50,566 bases of DNA from NCBI GenBank assembly GCA_045637205.1, contig JAZTYY010000011.1, forward strand, positions 1 through 50,566, in the 5' to 3' direction. The position numbers and the translations under genes are program-made. This document shows, piece after piece, positions 27,395 through 36,863 of this stretch; positions within the stretch are counted from its first letter, which is position 1, and each line of letters opens with the position of its first letter. This DNA comes from Eubacteriales bacterium. Its GTDB lineage: Bacteria; Bacillota; Clostridia; Oscillospirales; CAG-272. Under the pieces are notes generated by a model that was not told where the DNA came from, made no database searches, and was given only the letters and a program-made list of their open reading frames with translations.

Positions 27395-28126
27395 ATGTCA
27401 AGGATAAGAAAGATATATTTTATTAGACTTATATTAAGAATTATTGTGCTTTTGGCAAGTATAGTTGTGTTTTTCGTTGCTCCTGAGCAATTTGATATAG
27501 TAAATGGTTGGAACTTTTTTGAAAAATTTTATATATTCCATCTTTTGTGGATTGCTTGGATTTTTGATATGGTTACTCAATTAATTCCGGTCAAAAACAT
27601 AGCTCTTGGCTCACAAAAAATCTTTAAGGAAAAATTCCGCCCTGCCTTACATAAGCTTCTTGATTGGGATAAGCTTAAGGATTATATTATAAAAACTAAC
27701 AAGGCAGCAGGGAAGGTTTTGATACTTTGGGCTTCATTTATCGCAATTCTTAGTGTTTTGAAGCTTTGTGGAGTCCTTAAAAATGAGCATTTGTTCCTCA
27801 TAAGCATAACATTTTACGTTTGTGATTTGATTTGCGTGCTTGTTTGGTGTCCGTTTAGACTTATGCTTGGAAACAAGTGCTGTACAACGTGTAGAATATT
27901 CAACTGGGATCATCTTATGATGTTTACACCAATGCTTTTTGTTGGTAGCTTTTTCTCAATTTCACTAATCATTTGGTCGGTAGTGGACTTTTTGATATGG
28001 GAAATTTGGATATATTTGCACCCTGAAAGATTTTGGGAGCATTCAAATATGGCACTCAAATGCTCTGAATGTACCGATAAATTATGCACTCAATATTGTA
28101 GAAAATTAAGAAAAAAAGCCGACTGA
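27395..28126 (+). CDS. Cys-rich integral membrane protein of unknown function
   Basis: AAGGAGG RBS; about five TM segments; WCPF, CCTTC and CxxCxxxxCxxxC motifs. Confidence 0.75.
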   Translation: MSRIRKIYFIRLILRIIVLLASIVVFFVAPEQFDIVNGWNFFEKFYIFHLLWIAWIFDMVTQLIPVKNIALGSQKIFKEKFRPALHKLLDWDKLKDYIIKTNKAAGKVLILWASFIAILSVLKLCGVLKNEHLFLISITFYVCDLICVLVWCPFRLMLGNKCCTTCRIFNWDHLMMFTPMLFVGSFFSISLIIWSVVDFLIWEIWIYLHPERFWEHSNMALKCSECTDKLCTQYCRKLRKKAD

Positions 28127-28138
28127 GTCGGCTTTTTT
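28111..28138. terminator. Bidirectional terminator
   Basis: A7-GCCGAC-tga-GTCGGC-T6 between convergent genes. Confidence 0.8.
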
Positions 28139-28141
28139 CTT

Positions 28142-29677
28142 TTAAATAACTAAGAATCTATGTTTAACAATTTCCTCGTTTTCGGGGATGGAATTTTTTA
28201 ATTTGATGGCTTTTTGGGGTGTTCCATATTCCTTTGCGACACTCCAAATTGTTGCATTTTTATCGGGGTAGCAAAGCACAATTTCACTGTTTGATTTATT
28301 TAAAAATTCACTAAAAATCATCTCATCCAAAAGGTCAATTTTATCCTCGCAAACCAAATTTACGTTGAAATTTAATTCGGAGTCAACGTATAATTTTTCA
28401 CCGTCGTGACGCGCCTTTACTGATGAAATTTCACCGTTGGCAAACCACTTAATTGGCTTTTCAAAATCGATTTTTGCCCTGTTTTCAAGCTCATATTTTA
28501 CAGGAGAATTGAGTGAAAGTGAGGCATATTCACCATCCAAAAAATAGATTAATTGATACTCGTTATTCCCCTTAAAAATGCATTTTCCTCCCTCAGTTTC
28601 AAGCTCGAAAATATTGCAATTTCCAACTATATCAATGATTTTTGAATCTTGAGAAAGCTTAATATTTTCAAGGGAAAACACGTCGTTTTGAGTGAGATTT
28701 CCGTGTGCTGATCGCACGGCATTTAACACCGTAATTTCAGTAGTAGAGCACTCACAAAGCTTTTCGGTTGAGTATGCATCTGCTATATATTTTACAGCTT
28801 CATTTTTTTGAGCCTGAGCACAAAGTGAGAGGGTTAGTTCAAGCCCGATTGCATTATCATTAAAATCGAATTTTTCGTCATAGCAAATTCCATTTACAAA
28901 GCATTCAAAAAGGGAGTTAACACCCACGCATGAAAGCTCGCATGAGAAAGGAATTTTTCTTGTTATAATTTGAGGATGTGTGCTTTCGGTATCATTGCAA
29001 TAAAGAATTTTTGTCACCGCGTCACCGCGAACTTGTATTTTATCAATGCTTGGTACACACTCAATAACAGCAACATTTGAAGAGCAATCAATTATTCGAA
29101 TACTGTCATTTGAAGAGTCAAAGGTAACAGTGTCATTCAAAACTAAGGTTTTGTTTTCACTTCGTTTTGTGTTGATGGTGTTTTTTTCAAAAATGCGATT
29201 TTCTATAGTTGCCTTGCTGTGAGCGCCGACAAGATTTGGAGCATAGAGTGATGGTGAAAACGCCGCAATTTTGCAATTTAACTTTGCGCGAACGTTGAGC
29301 TTTCTCGGGCCTAAAACCCTTGTGTTAACACTTTCAGTTTTTATTGAGGGGAGCAGGGTGATATCGTCGTTATTGACGCTGTGAGAATTAAAATTTAATG
29401 AGGATGAGCAGCTGTATTTGTCTGAAAGAAGGGTGCAATAAAGTCCACCATCAGAGCCAAGATAGGTGATTTTATAGTTTATTTCACCACTTATTTCCGC
29501 ATTGCCGTTTGATATGTATTCATGCTGTGGTAAAACGATTGCACGGCTTGAGAGTAGTCTGCGAATTTCGGGTTGGTAATCGGGAAGGGAAAAATCCGAG
29601 TTAAGCTCCACTACTGATGCCTTGTCGCAAATAGGCATTTGTGGAAAATATCCAATGTTGTTTTGTGAGATTTCCAT
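28142..29677 (-). CDS. SPOCS/DUF3794-repeat plus LysM spore coat assembly protein (SipL-like)
   Basis: LPDYQPEIRRLL N-terminal motif, three repeated beta domains, C-terminal LysM-like TIWSVAKEY...N. Confidence 0.75.
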   Translation of the reverse strand: MEISQNNIGYFPQMPICDKASVVELNSDFSLPDYQPEIRRLLSSRAIVLPQHEYISNGNAEISGEINYKITYLGSDGGLYCTLLSDKYSCSSSLNFNSHSVNNDDITLLPSIKTESVNTRVLGPRKLNVRAKLNCKIAAFSPSLYAPNLVGAHSKATIENRIFEKNTINTKRSENKTLVLNDTVTFDSSNDSIRIIDCSSNVAVIECVPSIDKIQVRGDAVTKILYCNDTESTHPQIITRKIPFSCELSCVGVNSLFECFVNGICYDEKFDFNDNAIGLELTLSLCAQAQKNEAVKYIADAYSTEKLCECSTTEITVLNAVRSAHGNLTQNDVFSLENIKLSQDSKIIDIVGNCNIFELETEGGKCIFKGNNEYQLIYFLDGEYASLSLNSPVKYELENRAKIDFEKPIKWFANGEISSVKARHDGEKLYVDSELNFNVNLVCEDKIDLLDEMIFSEFLNKSNSEIVLCYPDKNATIWSVAKEYGTPQKAIKLKNSIPENEEIVKHRFLVI

Positions 29678-29703
29678 GTATTTTACTCCTTTGTTTTTTT
29701 ACA

Positions 29704-29732
29704 AATATATGCGAAAAATACCGACAATATGA
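29704..29732 (-). promoter_or_regulatory. sigmaE-type mother-cell promoter
   Basis: Minus strand TCATATT-14-CATATATT just upstream of the coat gene. Confidence 0.6.
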
Positions 29733-29846
29733 AGATATTTTGTATCCAATAATTTCCATATTCCACATATATGGAATTTATTGCCAATATTTTGGTATAA
29801 ATGTTAGGTTTTTAACAACCAAAGGGACGAAATTTTGCAAAAACCC

Positions 29847-29875
29847 TTGCAAAAAAAGGGTATATGTGATATTAT
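29847..29875 (+). promoter_or_regulatory. sigmaA-type promoter of the acyl-lipid operon
   Basis: TTGCAA-17-TATTAT with extended TG. Confidence 0.6.
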
Positions 29876-29932
29876 ATTTAATAATATAGTATTGTGACAA
29901 ATTTTTGCAATTTTCGACAGAAGGGAGATTGT

Positions 29933-31861
29933 ATGAAGCTAAACAACGTTCACGGCTTTAAAACGATTGAAGAATACATCGACTATAAGCTGAATGAATA
30001 TTCAAAAGACAAAAAAGATTTTGAAACTCTATTTAAATATATGTTTGACGAAACGGAGAACGTGATGGTTGAAACCTCTGACGGATACCGTGTCAAGAAG
30101 GTTACTTATGGTGAGTTCAAAAAAAGAATTTTTGAAATTACACCAACTGTTTGTGATTTTCTTGCTGACGTTCCTCAAGGGGAAATGGTTGGACTTTATA
30201 TGTCCAATTCTCCGGAGTGGATTCAAATCTTTTGGGCAATTCTTGCGTCAGGCTATTCACCACTCTTGATGAATACAAGACTTTCGGACGAAGTGCTTGA
30301 GGGGGTAATTAAAGATTACTCAATCAAATGCGTTATTTCGGATAGCAAGCGCTTCTCGGTAAAAACCGTTATGAAAGAGGAAGCAATCATACCATCCGAA
30401 AAGGAATACGTTGTGCGTCCATTTGGCAAAGAGGTAATCTTTATGTCATCGGGCACAACCAATAATGTTAAGCTCTGTGCTTATAATGGTGAGAACTTCT
30501 ATTATCAGGTTTGTGACAGCGTTCAAATTGTTAAGCAGTGCCCCAAAATTGCAGCTCATTATGAAGGTGAGTTAAAGCACTTGATGCTTTTGCCACTTTG
30601 CCACGTGTTTGCTTTTATGGCCGTGTACCTTTGGTTTGGATTTTTTGCAAGAACCTTTGTGTTCCCACGTGATTTGAATCCTGAGACTATTCAAAAAACG
30701 GTTAAGAAGCACAAAGTTACACATATTTTTGCAGTTCCTATGGTTTGGGAGGCAGTGCATAAAGCAACTGTGAGAAAAATCAAAGAGAAGGGCGAAAAAA
30801 CATATAATAACTTTTGCCGCGTTAGTGACAGGGTTAACAAAATGGGTTCACTTGGTGACGTGCTTGCTAAAAAAGCATTGTCCGAGGTTAGAGAGGGCTT
30901 GTTTGGTGAGAGCATTTGCTTCTTCATCACGGGTGGCAGCCATATCAAGACTGAAACCTTGAAATTCTTTAACGGAATCGGTTACCACTTGGTTAACGGC
31001 TTCGGCATGACCGAAATTGGTATCACCTCGGTCGAAAAAACAAATAAGAGAAAAATTGCAAACAAGGCTTCCATTGGTGCGCCGTTTGGATATACTGAAT
31101 ATTCAATTGACGCTGAGGGAAGATTGCTTGTAAGAGGAAAAACAAGAGCGTGTCGCATAATGCAAAACGGTGAAGCAATCGTTACAAATTATGACGAATG
31201 GTTCAATACCGGTGACATTATGAGATGCGAGGACGGAAGATATTACTTTGACGGCAGATCAGATGATCTTATCGTTGCTGAAGACGGTGAAAATCTTAAC
31301 CCCATCATTGCTGAAAGAGAGCTTCAGGTGGCTGGTGCCGATAGAGTTTGTATCGTTCGTTCTAACGAGGGAGTTACGGTTATTGCATCCGTGCCCGGCG
31401 TTTTCTCAAACGATAAATTGAAATTCATCTATGAGGAGTTGGATGGAAAAATTGTTGCCGCTAAGCTTAGTGGAACAATCAAAAAGGTCGTGTTCACTCA
31501 CGAATCCTTGTTGCCACCGGGTGAATTTAAATTAAGTCGTCGCAAAATTGCGAATAGACTTTCAAACGGAGATATTCGAATTTTTGACCCAAGACGTATT
31601 GAAGAGCACGTGGCGGAAATTTCAAGCGGAATTGAAGCCGAAATTGCTGAGTGCTTTGCAATAGCACTTGATAAGGATTCTTCAAGCATTGCGCTTGAAA
31701 GTGATTTCTTCCGTGATTTAGAGGGTACGAGTCTTGATTACTTCACACTTTTGGGATTAATCAAATCTCGTTTTGGAATTGATGTAATTGCAAATGACGG
31801 TGCAAGGATTGCAACTGTTAAGGCATTTGCGGAATACATAAAAAGCCAGTTGACAAAATAA
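29933..31861 (+). CDS. Adenylate-forming (fatty acyl ligase-like) enzyme fused to a C-terminal carrier domain
   Basis: SSGTT, GFGMTE, FNTGD, GRSDD; C-terminal DFFRDLEGTSLDYF phosphopantetheine site; start ATG 29933. Confidence 0.85.
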   Translation: MKLNNVHGFKTIEEYIDYKLNEYSKDKKDFETLFKYMFDETENVMVETSDGYRVKKVTYGEFKKRIFEITPTVCDFLADVPQGEMVGLYMSNSPEWIQIFWAILASGYSPLLMNTRLSDEVLEGVIKDYSIKCVISDSKRFSVKTVMKEEAIIPSEKEYVVRPFGKEVIFMSSGTTNNVKLCAYNGENFYYQVCDSVQIVKQCPKIAAHYEGELKHLMLLPLCHVFAFMAVYLWFGFFARTFVFPRDLNPETIQKTVKKHKVTHIFAVPMVWEAVHKATVRKIKEKGEKTYNNFCRVSDRVNKMGSLGDVLAKKALSEVREGLFGESICFFITGGSHIKTETLKFFNGIGYHLVNGFGMTEIGITSVEKTNKRKIANKASIGAPFGYTEYSIDAEGRLLVRGKTRACRIMQNGEAIVTNYDEWFNTGDIMRCEDGRYYFDGRSDDLIVAEDGENLNPIIAERELQVAGADRVCIVRSNEGVTVIASVPGVFSNDKLKFIYEELDGKIVAAKLSGTIKKVVFTHESLLPPGEFKLSRRKIANRLSNGDIRIFDPRRIEEHVAEISSGIEAEIAECFAIALDKDSSSIALESDFFRDLEGTSLDYFTLLGLIKSRFGIDVIANDGARIATVKAFAEYIKSQLTK

Positions 31862-31890
31862 ATCAACGGCTGAACAAAAGAGAGGATATT

Positions 31891-33798
31891 ATGGTTAAAT
31901 CTTTAGACAAAAAATGGAAAGAGTTATTGTTTGCGTTTTCTGGCTTTGGTCCCAACTTCCTTATGATTTTGATGGGCTCATATTATTCAGACGCGCTAAA
32001 CCCTGCTGCACTTGAGTCAGGTGAACAGTTCCAGGCTATTATGCCCGGAATATGCCTTATAACTCCTGCACTTTTCCCAATTCTTTTCGCGCTTGGCAAG
32101 ATATTTGACGGTATTATTGACATTCCCTTTGCGCACATTACTGATACACTTTCAACAAAATGGGGACGTCGTCGTCCTGCAATCGCAGTTTGCACAGTTC
32201 CCATGATTATAAGCTACCTTTTGTGTTGGATTCCAATTGCAGGAATTCCCGTTGAAGGAGCTGCAGGTGATCAAGCCAGATTGATTAATACAATTTGGGT
32301 TAGTATTTTCAGCATAATTTTCTTTGCAACCTACACAATGTGTCTTATCGCATACTACGGTTCATTCTCAAGCGCTTGTTCTGATGAGCCCCAAAGACTT
32401 CGTGTTTCAGGTTACAAATCATTCTTTGACACAATTACATATTGTGTAGTATATGCACTTGTTCCCGTAATTCTTAGTGGTGCAAAAATTCAAATTAATA
32501 CACTTGTATTCATTTGCTTGCCTATAATGCTTACAATGATTATTCCGCTCTTCCTTATCAAAGAGGGTGAAAAATACGGTTACCCTGAAAATGAGGGTAT
32601 GAGCTCTGAAAAGATAAGCATGAAGGAAAGTATTCGTCTTACATTCCAAAACAAGATTTTCAGACGTTGGCTCTACGTTAACTGCTGTACATTCTTTGGA
32701 TTGCAGATGTTCTTGTCATCAATGAATGGCTTGATTATCGGTGGTATGGGTCTTGATGGCTTGCAAATGGCAATTCTTAATACTTGTGCATTCGGCCCCG
32801 TACCCGTTATGCTTTATTTCTTCAATAAGGCAAAGGCGCGTTATGGTGTTCGCAAGACTTACCAAAGCTGCTTGATTATGTTTGCAGTTGCTATTATGTC
32901 ATTCTTCTTGGGTTCAAGATTCGTTCTTGGTGAAGGAAACGTAATGGCTAAGATGATAATTGGTATTATTGGCGGTGTTTGCGGAAGCTGGTCAATCGGA
33001 GTATTCTTTATGATGCCATATCTTGCACCTGCACAAATTTCAAGTGTTGAAGAAAAGCTTACAGGTAGAAATCACTCAGCAATGTACTTTGCAGGTAATG
33101 CACTTGCAACATCAATCGTTGGTGCAATTTCAGGTAACCTTGTTTACGAATATATCAAAAACGTATTCTTCTCAAAGGAGCATGGCTTTGTTTGGGCTAC
33201 ATCCTCTACAGAAGCATATGAGCTTTTGTACGGTGCTTCTGCTACTGATGAGGCAGTTGCTACATCAATATTCAATTTTGGAAACCTTTTGGTTCCTTTC
33301 ATTGTTTCAATCACTTGTCTTTTGGGTGTTGCTCTTGCGTTTAAGCTTCCCAAGGATTTCACACCATCCATTTTGGCTGAGGAATATAAGAAGCTTGATC
33401 CCAACGTTGACGTAAGCGTTCTTGAAAAAGAAGAACCCCCCAAGGATCGCACCGAAGTTATCTTCGTTCAAGTTGGACTTTCAGTGCTTTCAGGCTTTAT
33501 TTTTGCATTTATTTGGACAGGAATGCTCATCAAAGCACTCAAGGAATTTAAATCAAAATTCAAGACATTTGTACCATTCTTACTTTCATGCTTCGTTCCA
33601 TTTGCTGCTATTTACTTCAACTTGAAGTTTAGACAAATCATTATTGATGAGGCAGAGAAGTGTGGAGCAAATGTTAAAATTAATAAGATCGTATTGATTA
33701 TTACATCCATCGTGTTCCCAATTCTTCCTTTGAACCTTGTTTCTTTGGCATTGTTGCAGAACGGAATTAATAAGCTTTACATTGCCAAGGATAACTAA
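31891..33798 (+). CDS. MFS transporter, glycoside-pentoside-hexuronide (MelB/MFSD2-like) type, with extra C-terminal membrane domain
   Basis: KIFDGIIDIPFAHITD...KWGRRRP GPH signature; 635 aa with about three additional TMs. Confidence 0.8.
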   Translation: MVKSLDKKWKELLFAFSGFGPNFLMILMGSYYSDALNPAALESGEQFQAIMPGICLITPALFPILFALGKIFDGIIDIPFAHITDTLSTKWGRRRPAIAVCTVPMIISYLLCWIPIAGIPVEGAAGDQARLINTIWVSIFSIIFFATYTMCLIAYYGSFSSACSDEPQRLRVSGYKSFFDTITYCVVYALVPVILSGAKIQINTLVFICLPIMLTMIIPLFLIKEGEKYGYPENEGMSSEKISMKESIRLTFQNKIFRRWLYVNCCTFFGLQMFLSSMNGLIIGGMGLDGLQMAILNTCAFGPVPVMLYFFNKAKARYGVRKTYQSCLIMFAVAIMSFFLGSRFVLGEGNVMAKMIIGIIGGVCGSWSIGVFFMMPYLAPAQISSVEEKLTGRNHSAMYFAGNALATSIVGAISGNLVYEYIKNVFFSKEHGFVWATSSTEAYELLYGASATDEAVATSIFNFGNLLVPFIVSITCLLGVALAFKLPKDFTPSILAEEYKKLDPNVDVSVLEKEEPPKDRTEVIFVQVGLSVLSGFIFAFIWTGMLIKALKEFKSKFKTFVPFLLSCFVPFAAIYFNLKFRQIIIDEAEKCGANVKINKIVLIITSIVFPILPLNLVSLALLQNGINKLYIAKDN

Positions 33799-33800
33799 TT

Positions 33801-34439
33801 ATGTTAGCGTTTTTAGGAAACTGGTTCGTTAAAATTACGGGATATCCCTTTCATCTTCTTCTTTTTCGAACCAAGGTATATTATGAAGATAAATCAGTTC
33901 AAGATAGACGCATAAAGGGCAAGGCAATAGTTGTTTGTAATCACAATAACTTGTTTGATGTGGCAATTTTGCTTTTCGTGTTTTGGAGACGCACCTTGCG
34001 TTGTGCCGTTGCTGAATTGATGTATAATAAGAACGTGTTTATGACATTCGTTCTTAAGATGCTTGGCTCGGTTAAGGTTGATAGAGATAGTCATGATTTC
34101 TCATTCTTGACAAAGCTCAAGAAGATACTTGATAAGGGTGGGGTTGTTGAAATTTATCCCGAATCACGTTTACCGCAGCCCGGGGATGTGCTCCCGTTAG
34201 AATTTAAGCCAAGTTACGTATATTTGGCACTTGAAAGCGGTGCACCAATCATTCCCATTTACAGTAATGCAAAGATTTTTTCTAAAGAGAGAGAAAGAGT
34301 CATCATCGGCAAGCCAATTTACGTTGACGATTTGTATGATTCAAATCTTTCAGAAAAGGAAAACATAAACAAAATAAATACATACGTTAGGAGTAAGGTA
34401 ATTGAACTTGGCAAAGAACTCGAAAAACAGCAAGGCTAA
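33801..34439 (+). CDS. PlsC-family lysophospholipid acyltransferase
   Basis: NHNNLFD (HxxxxD), VDR, IYPESR, FKP. Confidence 0.85.
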   Translation: MLAFLGNWFVKITGYPFHLLLFRTKVYYEDKSVQDRRIKGKAIVVCNHNNLFDVAILLFVFWRRTLRCAVAELMYNKNVFMTFVLKMLGSVKVDRDSHDFSFLTKLKKILDKGGVVEIYPESRLPQPGDVLPLEFKPSYVYLALESGAPIIPIYSNAKIFSKERERVIIGKPIYVDDLYDSNLSEKENINKINTYVRSKVIELGKELEKQQG

Positions 34440-35085
34440 AAAAGGCTTGTTTTACAACTTCTGGTATGATTTTGTTAAGGTAACGGGATGTATTCCTGCA
34501 CTCCTTTGGTGGAGACCTAAGGTTTACCGTCCCTACGGAACAAAAACTCCAAAGGGAAGGGTGCTTGTATCCGCTAACCACAGAAGCTTTTTTGATCCAA
34601 TAATTCTTCTTATTACGTTTCCGTTCAGAAGATTACATTCCCTTGCTACAAAGGATCTATATAAAACAAAATTTATGGCTGCATTTCTAACTCAAATGCA
34701 TTGTATCATGGTTGATAAGCAGAACTTCACTCTTTCTGCATTCCATGACGTTGTAACAAGACTTCAAGAGGAGAAAATGGTTGTTATTTTCCCTGAGGGT
34801 GGTCTTAATGAGGACTCAGAGGATACTATCAAAACCTTCAAGTCAGGCGCAGTGCTTATGGCACATAAGGCAAACGCGCCACTTCTTCCCGTTTATATTG
34901 TTAAGCGCAAAAAATGGTACCATAGACAAAGAGTTGTTATTGGTGAGGTTTTTGACGTAAGAAAAGAGCTTGGCGATAGACCTTCAATTGAACAATTGAA
35001 TAATGCAAGTGACACTTTGAGAAAAATGGAGCTTGACCTTCAAGAATATTTTGATTCGCTCCCAATTAGTAAAAAAGTAAAATAA
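34402..35085 (+). CDS. Second PlsC-family acyltransferase (start uncertain)
   Basis: NHRSFFD, IFPEGG, FKSGAVLMA. Confidence 0.85.
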   Translation: MNLAKNSKNSKAKKGLFYNFWYDFVKVTGCIPALLWWRPKVYRPYGTKTPKGRVLVSANHRSFFDPIILLITFPFRRLHSLATKDLYKTKFMAAFLTQMHCIMVDKQNFTLSAFHDVVTRLQEEKMVVIFPEGGLNEDSEDTIKTFKSGAVLMAHKANAPLLPVYIVKRKKWYHRQRVVIGEVFDVRKELGDRPSIEQLNNASDTLRKMELDLQEYFDSLPISKKVK

Positions 35086-35113
35086 TTAATTTTTCAAAGG
35101 AGAATTGAAAATT

Positions 35114-36625
35114 ATGAATAGAAGATTTGAAAAGTATACAGATGCTGAAACATTTTCAAAAATTGTTGATTACGCTAACGTAACAGAAATGTGGAGTCAC
35201 AGCGTAGCTACTTACCCCAACAACATTGCTATCGTTGATGGTGCTGAGTACACATACACAGCACTTGATTCATCAGTTGCAGGATTTAGAACAATCTACC
35301 GTAACAACGGTGCAACTCCCGGCTCTTTGATTGCCATTCTTTGCCCCAACTCCGTTGGTTTTGTTAAGGCATTTTTGGCAGCATCAACATATGGACTTCC
35401 CGCAGTGCTTTTGCCTGCACACCTCGATTCTAACACAGTTTTCGGAATCGCGTATAAATTTGGACTTAAGGCAATTGTTTATGATGAATCCCTTGCTGAA
35501 AAGGTATCCGTAGTTAAAGAAAGACTTCCTCAGGTTGCTTTGATTAGCTCCGCTGAAGAATGTGAAGAAAAGACACCCGCTATTCCCGTTCCCACAGAAG
35601 CTCCTTGTGTATTCATCTTTACAGGTGGTACAACAGGTAAGAGCAAGGGCGCTCGCCTTAGTCAGAGAGCTGTAATGGCAGGTACAAAGAACGGTTGCTA
35701 TGGTATCAAGAAGATTTTCGAAGAAAGATATTTGCTTGTTCTTCCTCTTACACACGTATTCGGTCTTATCCGTAACCTTATGACATGTCTTTACACAGGT
35801 AGTGCAATGTACATTTGCCGTAACAATAAGGATATGTTCCGTGATATTGCAATGTTCAAGCCCACAATACTTGTTTTGGTTCCTGCACTTGCTGAAATGG
35901 CACTTAACCTTTCACGTCAGTTCGGCAGAAACATGCTTGGTGAGGATATGAAAACAATCATTTGCGGTGCTGCTCCTGTTCCTCCTTATCTTGTAAAGGA
36001 ATATGATAAGCTCGGCATTGCGCTTCTTCCCGGCTACGGACTTACAGAATCAGCAAACCTTGTTTCAGGTAACCCCGAAGCACTTGCAAAGCCCGGCTCT
36101 GTTGGTCTTATTTACGGTGGCATGGATTACAAGATTGTTGACGGTGAGCTTTGGCTCAAGGGCATTAATATGATGGATGGCTATGCTACTCCCGAAGATA
36201 ACGCAACAGCTTATGAGGACGGATATTTCAAGACAGGCGACCTTGTAAGAATTGACGAAGAGGGCTACCTTTATATCACAGGTAGAATTAAAGAAATCAT
36301 CGTTCTTTCCAACGGTGAAAACGTTTCTCCTGCAGAGCTTGAGGTTAAATTTTATGACCTTGACGTTGTTCAGGATTGCTTGGTTTACGACGTCAACGAA
36401 AATGGTAAGGAAATGCTTGTTCTTGAGGTTCTTCCCAGAATGAGCTCAGTAAAGGCACTTGGTATTGAAGATCTTCACGCATACCTTAAGGAAGAGGTTG
36501 CAAAGATTAACGAAACATTGCCTTCATTTGAAAGAATAAATAAAATTGTCATCAGAGATACGGACTTTGTTCGTACACCTGCGATGAAGATTGCGAGAAA
36601 TTTAAATGGTAATGTCAAGAACTGA
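35114..36625 (+). CDS. Long-chain acyl-CoA/acyl-ACP synthetase (AMP-binding)
   Basis: FTGGTTGKSKG, GYGLTE, FKTGD, GRIKEII...NGENVSP. Confidence 0.88.
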   Translation: MNRRFEKYTDAETFSKIVDYANVTEMWSHSVATYPNNIAIVDGAEYTYTALDSSVAGFRTIYRNNGATPGSLIAILCPNSVGFVKAFLAASTYGLPAVLLPAHLDSNTVFGIAYKFGLKAIVYDESLAEKVSVVKERLPQVALISSAEECEEKTPAIPVPTEAPCVFIFTGGTTGKSKGARLSQRAVMAGTKNGCYGIKKIFEERYLLVLPLTHVFGLIRNLMTCLYTGSAMYICRNNKDMFRDIAMFKPTILVLVPALAEMALNLSRQFGRNMLGEDMKTIICGAAPVPPYLVKEYDKLGIALLPGYGLTESANLVSGNPEALAKPGSVGLIYGGMDYKIVDGELWLKGINMMDGYATPEDNATAYEDGYFKTGDLVRIDEEGYLYITGRIKEIIVLSNGENVSPAELEVKFYDLDVVQDCLVYDVNENGKEMLVLEVLPRMSSVKALGIEDLHAYLKEEVAKINETLPSFERINKIVIRDTDFVRTPAMKIARNLNGNVKN

Positions 36626-36863
36626 AATTAAGGAAAAATTAAAGGATGTCATGAATATGGCAGCGCCTGCGGGCGATGTTGACCTTGAAAACATTGATGA
36701 AAGCTCAAAGTTGGTCGATGACCTTGGTCTTACATCCGTAGGAATACTTTACATAGTAATTGCGATTGAGGAGTTTTTTGATATAAGATTTGACGATGTA
36801 GGTTTTGCTGATTTCAAAACATTTGGAGACGTTATTGATTATATTGAAAGAAAAGTACAGTAA
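36606..36863 (+). CDS. Acyl carrier protein (start 36606 or 36612)
   Basis: Small and acidic; DLGLTSVG...IEEFFDI...TFGDVIDYI. Confidence 0.88.
   Translation: MVMSRTEIKEKLKDVMNMAAPAGDVDLENIDESSKLVDDLGLTSVGILYIVIAIEEFFDIRFDDVGFADFKTFGDVIDYIERKVQ

Noticed and set aside
29933-31861. NRPS/PKS module
   Set aside because: Adenylation plus carrier only, with no condensation or ketosynthase domain; the neighbours are lipid acyltransferases
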